Part shown: one piece after another, positions 1-5,052 of the stretch
Layout of the letters: each line of letters begins with the position of its first letter
Position numbering within the stretch: the stretch's first letter is position 1
Origin: a virus
Taxonomy: Duplodnaviria > Heunggongvirae > Uroviricota > Caudoviricetes
IMG/VR virus record: IMGVR_UViG_2740892423_000010
Span: 1-5,206 of that record
Strand: one strand, 5' to 3'
DNA: 5,206 nucleotides
Program-made: the position numbers and the translations under genes
The notes under the pieces: model-generated
What the model was told of the DNA's origin: nothing
The model's input: only the letters and a program-made list of their open reading frames with translations
Database searches by the model: none

Positions 1-87
1 CTCACTGAAGCTGAGAGCTTCTTCGCCTTCGGCAAGGCCTTCGAAGTATTCTTCGTAAGCCTTTTCCATGATTGTGTCGAAATCCAT
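1..87 (-). CDS. Partial small acidic hypothetical protein (start at 87, runs off left edge of window); translation begins MDFDTIMEKAYEEYFEGLAEGEEALSFSE
   Basis: Open frame on minus strand from ATG at 87..85 through position 1 with no stop. The ATG lies 1 nt after the upstream gene's TGA (TGATATG), suggesting coupled translation. Position matches a ydfB-like gene after ydfA in Qin-type prophages, but identity is not confirmed. Confidence 0.4.
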   Translation of the reverse strand, partial: MDFDTIMEKAYEEYFEGLAEGEEALSFSE

Positions 88-88
88 A

Positions 89-244
89 TCACTCGCCTGA
101 ATTTCTTTCCAGCCAGCGACGAGCGCCAGTTTCGGTTTTAAACGTTTTGCTTTTGGTATACGTCATCGCGGTGAATGTGCCGTCCTGGTTGGGAAACACG
201 CCGTATACCAGAGATTCGTTGTTGCCAAGATCGATAGTATCCAT
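89..244 (-). CDS. ydfA: Small phage protein, YdfA-like (51 aa: MDTIDLGNNESLVYGVFPNQDGTFTAMTYTKSKTFKTETGARRWLERNSGE)
   Basis: Minus-strand ORF ending with TGA at 91..89. I prefer the internal ATG at 244 because it is preceded by a GAGG Shine-Dalgarno about 5 nt upstream and gives a 51-aa product that matches my recollection of E. coli Qin-prophage YdfA. The ORF track's longer version starts at 322 (77 aa). Confidence 0.55.
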   Translation of the reverse strand: MDTIDLGNNESLVYGVFPNQDGTFTAMTYTKSKTFKTETGARRWLERNSGE

Positions 245-420
245 GTTGACCTCATTTCCCCTTAACGCCGGGGGAGCGGAACAAAAACCTGCTGCATAGT
301 TAAAGTTGAACCCTGCCGTCATGTTCTTACGCCTCGGGCTGGCTACTTATCCCCTGACCACTGCCTGGTAACTCGAGGTATTGCCCTGCGTTCTGTGGGG
401 CGGGGTGGGTTGGTGGAAAT

Positions 421-464
421 AATCTACAATTAAAAACTGTTTTGTGTCAACAGTTTTTAATTGT
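421..464 (-). promoter_or_regulatory. Operator-overlapping promoter for the ydfA-like operon: palindrome ACAATTAAAAACTGT-N9-ACAGTTTTTAATTGT (426..464) with minus-strand -35 TTGACA (450..445) and -10 TAGATT (426..421)
   Basis: Perfect 15-bp inverted repeat with 9-bp spacer read directly from sequence. On the minus strand the spacer contains a consensus TTGACA, followed 18 nt later by TAGATT. Near-identical to the palindrome at 1462..1500. Confidence 0.55.
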
Positions 465-473
465 TGGGCTGGG

Positions 474-501
474 TAAAAAAAACTCCCTCGAATGAGGGAG
501 T
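474..501 (-). terminator. Rho-independent terminator ending the repressor-antitoxin-toxin operon
   Basis: On the minus strand: GC-rich hairpin ACTCCCTC-ATTC-GAGGGAGT (501..482) followed by a run of 8 T (plus-strand A-run 475..482), placed 17 nt after the toxin stop at 518. Confidence 0.6.
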
Positions 502-517
502 ATGAAAATTGTTCAGT

Positions 518-805
518 TCAGATAGGGAAGGGAAATTGTCGGCGGGCATGCACAATATTTGCAATTTCAATGCTTGAAGCTGCTACTCGGTACAAAACGA
601 TATAATTAGGGTGAACCACAATTTCCCGCAAACCGGATACTCGATCACTTGGCGGATATAGATATGGATGCTCGGAGAGGGCTAAAACAGACGTTTCAAT
701 ACGTATTTTTAGTCTGCGTGCTGCAGGAATATTTTCCTTAGCAATATAGGCTACGATCTGACGCAAATCATCGCGAGCAGATGGTAGCCATAAAATGGGT
801 AACAT
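518..805 (-). CDS. parE: ParE/RelE-family type II toxin (95 aa)
   Basis: Translation has the ParE-like pattern (N-terminal DL..I..YI helix region, C-terminal YRV...I.I..I.HARR). Its ATG overlaps the upstream antitoxin stop by 1 nt (TAATG on minus strand), typical of toxin-antitoxin coupling. Confidence 0.88.
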   Translation of the reverse strand: MLPILWLPSARDDLRQIVAYIAKENIPAARRLKIRIETSVLALSEHPYLYPPSDRVSGLREIVVHPNYIVLYRVAASSIEIANIVHARRQFPFPI

Positions 806-996
806 TACTCGCTCCTGTTAGTTACAGCAATTTGAGCAATAAGATTTTCTATTTCAGCCATTACCTCGTCATGTGGAATTGAGGGACGAGGGTCTGCAAG
901 GCTTGACGCCACTTTAGCGCGCAACCATTCGTTGTAACTGTTTTCTTGTTCGGTAGTTTCGAATTCTGAAACTATCGGAGAAAGGGCTGTACTCAT
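805..996 (-). CDS. paaA: Small antitoxin, PaaA-like (ParE-associated antitoxin), 63 aa
   Basis: 63-aa ORF directly upstream of and overlapping the toxin start. Strong RBS (GAGGAG, about 7 nt spacing). N-terminal half (ALSP.VSEFET.EQENSYNEWLRAKVA.SLADPRP.IPHDEV) matches my recollection of PaaA2 from E. coli O157:H7; family assignment is not search-verified. Confidence 0.8.
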   Translation of the reverse strand: MSTALSPIVSEFETTEQENSYNEWLRAKVASSLADPRPSIPHDEVMAEIENLIAQIAVTNRSE

Positions 997-1023
997 GGCA
1001 TAACTCCTCTTCTTGTACAGTGG

Positions 1024-1425
1024 TCATGCCCGGCGGCTTTTTTGTGCCGCCAACCACCGGGCAATGGTTTCTTCCATTGATTTTTTCTTGTCTTTGATTT
1101 CTTGAAGCATTTTTTCTTGGTCTTCCTCTGGAAACGCACTAAAAGCCTGGAGCAGTTCGCGTTGGCGAGGGCCAATTTTCATCGTGTCAGGGGTGAAAAT
1201 TTGCTCCCCCTCTTCAGGAGGCAATAAAAACCAATGCAATGGATGCCCTGTAACCTCAACCAGTTTATCCAAACTTGAGGCTTTAGGTGTAGCCTTACCG
1301 CTGACCCATTGTTGAACAGTTTGTTGTGTCACACCAATTCTACGGGCCAGCTCAGCCTGGCTCCATCCAGTTTCCTGAAGAAGCTTGCTGATTCTGTACA
1401 TAGATACTTCTAGAGCGTTCATCAT
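1024..1425 (-). CDS. paaR: HTH XRE-family phage repressor, DicA/PaaR-type (CI analogue), 133 aa
   Basis: Helix-turn-helix motif (WSQAELARRIGVTQQTVQQWVSG) plus a C-terminal segment (ELLQAFSAFPEEDQEKMLQEI) resembling DicA-type repressors. Divergent from a Cro-like gene and co-oriented with the antitoxin/toxin. No SD before the ATG at 1425, but a TAAAAT -10 sits 6 nt upstream, suggesting a leaderless mRNA. Alternative in-frame start at 1401 (MYRISK...). Confidence 0.85.
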   Translation of the reverse strand: MMNALEVSMYRISKLLQETGWSQAELARRIGVTQQTVQQWVSGKATPKASSLDKLVEVTGHPLHWFLLPPEEGEQIFTPDTMKIGPRQRELLQAFSAFPEEDQEKMLQEIKDKKKSMEETIARWLAAQKSRRA

Positions 1426-1534
1426 TATTCAATTTTACAGGTAAATACTGTTAAAAGCATCACAATAAAAAACTGTTGATCGCGTACAGTTTTTTATTGT
1501 AGGCTTTGCCTGTAGTTTTTTAGAGGAGGGCAAA
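1426..1534. promoter_or_regulatory. Divergent immunity control region: operator palindrome ACAATAAAAAACTGT-N9-ACAGTTTTTTATTGT (1462..1500), candidate plus-strand promoter for the Cro-like gene (-35 TTGATC 1476..1481, -10 TAGGCT 1500..1505), candidate minus-strand repressor promoter (-10 TAAAAT = plus 1432..1437)
   Basis: Perfect 15-bp inverted repeat with 9-bp spacer read from sequence. Promoter hexamers are by-eye matches to sigma70 consensus. The plus-strand promoter and operator have the same geometry as the 421..464 unit. Strong RBS AGAGGAGGG (1522..1530) before the ATG at 1535. Possible degenerate half-site TGTAGTTTTTTAG at 1511..1523. Confidence 0.6.
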
Positions 1535-1807
1535 ATGCTAGATAGCACTCGCGAAAAAATTAGGCAGAAATACACTCAAGCTGAAATAGGTCGTTATATG
1601 GGGGTCGCTCAACAGACTGTTTGGCAATGGTTTAGCTTTGGTGTTCCCCCAAAGCAGGTAATTCCGTTATGTCAGCTAATGAAGTGGGAAGTTACCCCGC
1701 ATGAAATTCGCCCTGATATTTATCCTAACCCAACCGACGGGCTGCCTTGTGGAAATAAGTGTATGGCGAATGAATCTCTGGCGGTGAACAATGAAAATCA
1801 CCCCTGA
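1535..1807 (+). CDS. ydaS: Cro-like HTH regulator, YdaS family (90 aa)
   Basis: Strong RBS. HTH motif (AEIGRYMGVAQQTVWQW) followed by a VTPHEIRPDIYPNPTDG segment that I recognise as characteristic of YdaS-type Cro analogues. Divergent from the repressor gene. Confidence 0.85.
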   Translation: MLDSTREKIRQKYTQAEIGRYMGVAQQTVWQWFSFGVPPKQVIPLCQLMKWEVTPHEIRPDIYPNPTDGLPCGNKCMANESLAVNNENHP

Positions 1808-2342
1808 ACAGGTTCGTGAGGCTCTGGATGCCTGGGTATGCCGACCAGGAATGACACAGGAGCAGGCGACGATATTAATCACGGAAGCATTCTGGGCTCT
1901 GAAAAAACGCCCGAACATTGATGTTCAACGCGTCACGTTTGATGATGGCGCGGTTGATCAACGGGCGCTGGGCGTTAACCGGGTGAAGATATTCGAACGC
2001 TGGAAAGCTATCGACACCAGGGATAAGCGTGAAAAATTCACGGCGCTGATTCCGGCAATTATGGAGGCTATCCGGATCAGCGATTTCAGGTTGTATTGTG
2101 AAATTACTGACGGAAAAAGCATTACGTACATGATCGCCGGGTTAAACAAAGAATATGGCGATGTGGTGGAGTCCGGGCTGCTTTTTGCGGATCCAGCTGT
2201 TGTGGAACGTGAGACTGACGAGCTTATAGAAAAAGCTATTGCTTTCAAGCACGCGTATCGTCAGCAATACCAATATTACTTTGCAGATAAACAAATATCT
2301 GTCTGGGGTTCGTATGAGTATCGATGCACTACGATGGGCTAA
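1791..2342 (+). CDS. ydaT: YdaT-like protein (CII-analogue candidate), 183 aa
   Basis: ATG at 1791 overlaps the ydaS-like 3' end by 17 nt (coupled translation). Position immediately after a YdaS-type Cro matches the ydaS-ydaT pair of Rac/CP-933-type prophages. Family assignment rests on position and recalled similarity, not a search. Confidence 0.7.
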   Translation: MKITPEQVREALDAWVCRPGMTQEQATILITEAFWALKKRPNIDVQRVTFDDGAVDQRALGVNRVKIFERWKAIDTRDKREKFTALIPAIMEAIRISDFRLYCEITDGKSITYMIAGLNKEYGDVVESGLLFADPAVVERETDELIEKAIAFKHAYRQQYQYYFADKQISVWGSYEYRCTTMG

Positions 2343-3354
2343 AAAGGTGAAAACCGGCAGTTCATCCAGTAAGTCAGTATTGACCTGGCTTGCTGATATG
2401 TGCGGTGCCGATTTGTGTGCATACCCGTCTGTATCTGCCCTGGCAGAAGTAACGGAACTGAACAAAAAGACTGTGCAGGACAGCTTACGACACCTGATGG
2501 AGATTGGGTTAATTGTTGATACCGGTGAGAGAAAAGGCAGAACAAAGCAAATTGTGGTGTACCGACTTATCGGTGTAGAAGAAAGTGTTGCCGAGCCTGA
2601 ATACACCCAAAAACGGGAGTCTTTAAAGGTGGGTAAAATTGGTGCTGTTAATAAAAACAGTACCGAAAACGGTTATGTTTCAGCACAAAACAGACCCAAA
2701 AACGGAACTCTTAACTGCATGGAAAATAACCAAAGACACCCAAATTTTCCATTAAAGACACCCAAAAACGGATCACGGAACCCAAAGGAACCCAAAGATC
2801 TAAACCCCACACATAACGCACGCGAGAGTGCTCCGACCAGTGAGCAGGAAGTTTTGTCGTTACAGGCAGTGCCACCCGTATTCCTGGATGGCCTGAGCGA
2901 ACCCATCGGAAAATTTCCGATGACCGATAGCTGGCATCCGTCACGGGATTTTCGACGACGGGCTGCGTTGTGGGGGATGGCTTTGTCGGAGCCGGAATTT
3001 ACACCTGCTGAACTTGCCGCATTCCGGGATTACTGGAGCGATGAGGGCAAAGTGTTCACGCAGGTTCAGTGGGAGCAGAAATTCGCCCGTCACGTAAATC
3101 ACGTCAGGGCGCAGGTTAAACCAGTCAGCAAGGGGGTAAACCATGCAGCAGCACCAGGTGGCACCGCATCACGGGCAGTTCAGGAAATTCGGGCAGCACG
3201 TGAGCAGTGGGAACGTGAAAACGGATTTATCAGCGACGGAAACGGCGTGGAAGCTGTGGGAACTCATGGGGGAGGTTTATTCGAACCGCTGGACCCAGAA
3301 GAACGGGGCCGCACCTTCGAAGCTCTGGATTGCACAGATTGGCGCGATGACTGA
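2314..3354 (+). CDS. Replication initiator (lambda O functional analogue): N-terminal winged-helix domain plus C-terminal DnaT-like domain, 346 aa from ATG 2314
   Basis: N-terminus (LRWAKKV...SVSALAEVTELNKKTVQDSLRHLMEIGLI) resembles replication-initiator wHTH domains. C-terminal segment GKFPMTDSWHPSRDFRRRAALWGMALSEPEFTPAELAAFRDYWSDEGKVFTQVQWEQKFAR closely resembles the C-terminal region of E. coli primosomal protein DnaT as I recall it. The ORF track starts at a TTG (2239); I prefer ATG 2314, which has a GGGG SD-like element 5 nt upstream. Confidence 0.8.
   Translation: MSIDALRWAKKVKTGSSSSKSVLTWLADMCGADLCAYPSVSALAEVTELNKKTVQDSLRHLMEIGLIVDTGERKGRTKQIVVYRLIGVEESVAEPEYTQKRESLKVGKIGAVNKNSTENGYVSAQNRPKNGTLNCMENNQRHPNFPLKTPKNGSRNPKEPKDLNPTHNARESAPTSEQEVLSLQAVPPVFLDGLSEPIGKFPMTDSWHPSRDFRRRAALWGMALSEPEFTPAELAAFRDYWSDEGKVFTQVQWEQKFARHVNHVRAQVKPVSKGVNHAAAPGGTASRAVQEIRAAREQWERENGFISDGNGVEAVGTHGGGLFEPLDPEERGRTFEALDCTDWRDD
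2603..2799. repeat. Iteron-like direct repeats (consensus about GACACCCAAAAACGG) inside the initiator gene linker; candidate origin of replication
   Basis: Direct repeats read from sequence: ACACCCAAAAACGG 2603..2616, AGACCCAAAAACGG 2692..2705, GACACCCAAA 2735..2744, GACACCCAAAAACGG 2757..2771, GGAACCCAAAG 2778..2788 and 2788..2798, with a degenerate copy ACCGAAAACGG at 2662..2672. Several start-to-start spacings are about 22 bp or multiples. They encode a low-complexity PKNG-rich linker between the two protein domains. Confidence 0.5.
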
Positions 3355-3808
3355 GCAGCAAATCCGTCAGGTCTGCCGCCAGTGCATGGACCGCTGCCGG
3401 ACGGGTGAAACATGGCCTCCGGACCTGGCTGAGTTTGTGGCGCTGATTTCGGAGAGTGGGGCAAATCCATTTGGTCTGACGGTGGATGCTGTGATGGAGG
3501 AGTACCGCCGCTGGCGCAATGAGTCTTGGCGATACGACGGAAGTGATAAGTACCCGTGGTCTCAGCCTGTGCTGTATCACATTTGCCTCGAGATGCGTTC
3601 AAAGGGGATTGAGCGCCAGATGACCGAAGGGGAATTAAAACGGCTTGCAGAACGGCAACTGACGAAATGGGCAAAGCATGTTGGTAACGGACTGAGTGTT
3701 CCACCCGTCCGTAGGCAACTGGCAGCACCCATACGTCCTGCGGGACCAACGCCAATTGAGTTGCTGAAACAGGAATATGAACGCAGGAAAGCGGCTGGTT
3801 TTGTTTGA
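3143..3808 (+). CDS. Lambda P-like replication protein (helicase loader), 221 aa
   Basis: Strong SD (AGGGGG 3131..3136, 6 nt before ATG 3143). Translation ([14 protein letters not shown] ... [15 protein letters not shown] ... [10 protein letters not shown]) parallels lambda P as I recall it (PFLPSPGQFVAWCRE ... YPWKSNAHYWLVTNL ... ELRRKAADEL). Overlaps the 3' end of the initiator gene by 212 nt in a different frame. Confidence 0.8.
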   Translation: MQQHQVAPHHGQFRKFGQHVSSGNVKTDLSATETAWKLWELMGEVYSNRWTQKNGAAPSKLWIAQIGAMTEQQIRQVCRQCMDRCRTGETWPPDLAEFVALISESGANPFGLTVDAVMEEYRRWRNESWRYDGSDKYPWSQPVLYHICLEMRSKGIERQMTEGELKRLAERQLTKWAKHVGNGLSVPPVRRQLAAPIRPAGPTPIELLKQEYERRKAAGFV

Positions 3809-3842
3809 GTTGAGAAGTAATTTTTACCGGGAGGAAATTTTA

Positions 3843-4613
3843 ATGGAAACCGTTTTTGATGCACTGAAAGCAATGGGAAAAGCCACGTCGGTGGAACTGG
3901 CCGCGCGACTTGATATCAGTCGTGAAGAAGTGCTGAACGAGCTGTGGGAACTCAAAAGAAATGGCGTCGTTGATAAAACAGGTCATACCTGGTTTCTGGC
4001 TGGTGAAGGTGAATCCGGGGTAACCGAAGAGCAGCCAGTACAATCTGAAGCACCGGATGTGCTAACCGGGGTGGGCGAACAAAAAGTTACCGCTGACATG
4101 ATGATTGAGTTTATCGGTCAGGAGGGGGCTAAAACGTGTGAGGAACTGGCGAGTAAGTTCGGTGTCAGCACTCGCAAGGTTGCTTCCACGCTGGCGGTAG
4201 TAACCGCAACGGGGAGGCTGGCACGCGTTAATCAGAACGGTAAATTTCGTTACTGCATACCGGGCGATAATTTACCAGCAGAACCGAAAGCCGCATTGGT
4301 AGCGGAAACTGATGGTAAATCCTTTCCTCAGCCAGCGGGGGTTGCGTTACCAGTACAGGAGGTTGCAACACAGGAAGATATTAAAACAGAAACTGTGGCG
4401 GACATTGTGCAGTCGTTGCCATCGTTCACTGAAACGCGAGCCAATGGCCTGATTTTACCATCTCTGCATATGGCAAACCGCGAACTTCGCCGGGCGAAAA
4501 GTCATGTCCAGAAGTGGGAGCGAGTCTGCGCCGCGCTGCGGGAGCTGAACAAGCACCGGGATATTGTCCGACAGATTGTCGATTCCTCCAGTCGTATTGT
4601 GTCGGAAAAGTGA
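3843..4613 (+). CDS. Hypothetical phage protein with two tandem winged-helix-like modules and a basic C-terminal helix, 257 aa
   Basis: Strong RBS (GGGAGG 3830..3835, 7 nt before ATG 3843); the ORF track's upstream ATG at 3777 has no usable SD and overlaps the P-like stop. Two internally similar wHTH-like segments ([30 protein letters not shown] and [30 protein letters not shown]). Function unknown. Confidence 0.7.
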   Translation: METVFDALKAMGKATSVELAARLDISREEVLNELWELKRNGVVDKTGHTWFLAGEGESGVTEEQPVQSEAPDVLTGVGEQKVTADMMIEFIGQEGAKTCEELASKFGVSTRKVASTLAVVTATGRLARVNQNGKFRYCIPGDNLPAEPKAALVAETDGKSFPQPAGVALPVQEVATQEDIKTETVADIVQSLPSFTETRANGLILPSLHMANRELRRAKSHVQKWERVCAALRELNKHRDIVRQIVDSSSRIVSEK

Positions 4614-4629
4614 TTCCAGGGGAGGGCTT

Positions 4630-5052
4630 ATGGCAAAAGTATCTACACAGGAAGAGCGGGAAAAAATTAAAGGGCAGGTTGTTGAACTCGTACGCCAGAG
4701 TGGGCGTGAGACGTTACGACAACTGGAAGCGAAAACAGGTGCGACAAGATATCTGATGAGCGTTCTCGCCAGAGAGCTGGTTGCCAGTGGCGATGTATAC
4801 AACTCTGGTTACGGGTTATTTCCGTCTGAACAGGCGCGTAAGGACTGGCAAAACGCCCGCAAAAAACTCTCAAGGGCAAAGGTGAAGAAAACGGCTGTGG
4901 TTGATCCGGACCTTATCAGGTCATTACCTGACGGAGAAATACGCCGCTACGACAGGCGTCAAAACATAATTTGCCGTGAGTGCCGGAAAAGCGAAGTTAT
5001 GCAGCGTGTACTGGCGTTTTATCGGGGAAACTTTCAGGAGGTGATGCTGTGA
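4630..5052 (+). CDS. Hypothetical phage protein with one winged-helix-like module, 141 aa
   Basis: Strong RBS (AGGGGAGGG 4618..4626) before ATG 4630; the ORF track's TTG at 4564 overlaps the previous gene. Segment ETLRQLEAKTGATRYLMSVLARELVASGDV resembles the wHTH modules of the upstream gene. Basic, Lys/Arg-rich C-terminal half. Confidence 0.65.
   Translation: MAKVSTQEEREKIKGQVVELVRQSGRETLRQLEAKTGATRYLMSVLARELVASGDVYNSGYGLFPSEQARKDWQNARKKLSRAKVKKTAVVDPDLIRSLPDGEIRRYDRRQNIICRECRKSEVMQRVLAFYRGNFQEVML

Noticed and set aside
72-299. 75-aa plus-strand ORF (TTG start) antisense to the ydfA-like gene
   Set aside because: Non-ATG start, no RBS, hydrophobic low-complexity translation, and it lies entirely within the better-supported minus-strand small genes.
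245-322. Longer 77-aa version of the ydfA-like gene starting at ATG 322
   Set aside because: The added N-terminal 26 residues are low-complexity and the internal ATG at 244 has a better RBS and gives the 51-aa length I recall for YdfA; not fully excluded.
993-1175. 60-aa highly basic minus-strand ORF overlapping the repressor gene in another frame
   Set aside because: Alternate frame of the repressor gene, with K/R-rich low-complexity composition; the HTH-containing frame is clearly the real one.
1676-1918. 80-aa minus-strand ORF antisense to the ydaS/ydaT junction
   Set aside because: Antisense to two well-supported coupled genes; no RBS and no recognisable domain.
2239-2313. Upstream TTG start for the initiator (ORF track, 371 aa)
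   Set aside because: Non-ATG start lying deep inside the ydaT-like gene with no RBS; ATG at 2314 begins the recognisable wHTH domain. Kept as an alternative only.
1958-2606. Minus-strand ORFs (96 aa, 154 aa, 68 aa) antisense to the ydaT-like and initiator genes
   Set aside because: Ser/Thr/Ile-rich low-complexity translations typical of antisense frames; sense-strand genes have RBSs and recognisable domains.
2603-2799. CRISPR array or simple tandem repeat interpretation of the CCCAAAAACGG repeats
   Set aside because: Repeats are short (about 11 to 15 bp), imperfect and irregularly spaced, lie inside a continuous ORF, and lack spacer structure or nearby cas genes; an iteron/origin reading fits better.
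2673-3144. Three minus-strand ORFs (77, 77, 67 aa) antisense to the initiator gene
   Set aside because: They overlap each other and the iteron and DnaT-like coding region; no starts with an RBS and no protein-like features.
3230-3873. Long minus-strand ORFs (116, 163, 98 aa) antisense to the P-like gene
   Set aside because: Expected by-product of the GC-rich sense gene (rare stop codons in antisense frames); Pro/Ser/Arg-rich low-complexity translations.
3840-4879. Minus-strand ORFs (67, 115, 70 aa) and the plus-strand 80-aa ORF at 4514..4756 overlapping the winged-helix genes
   Set aside because: Alternate or antisense frames of better-supported genes with strong RBSs; no independent support.
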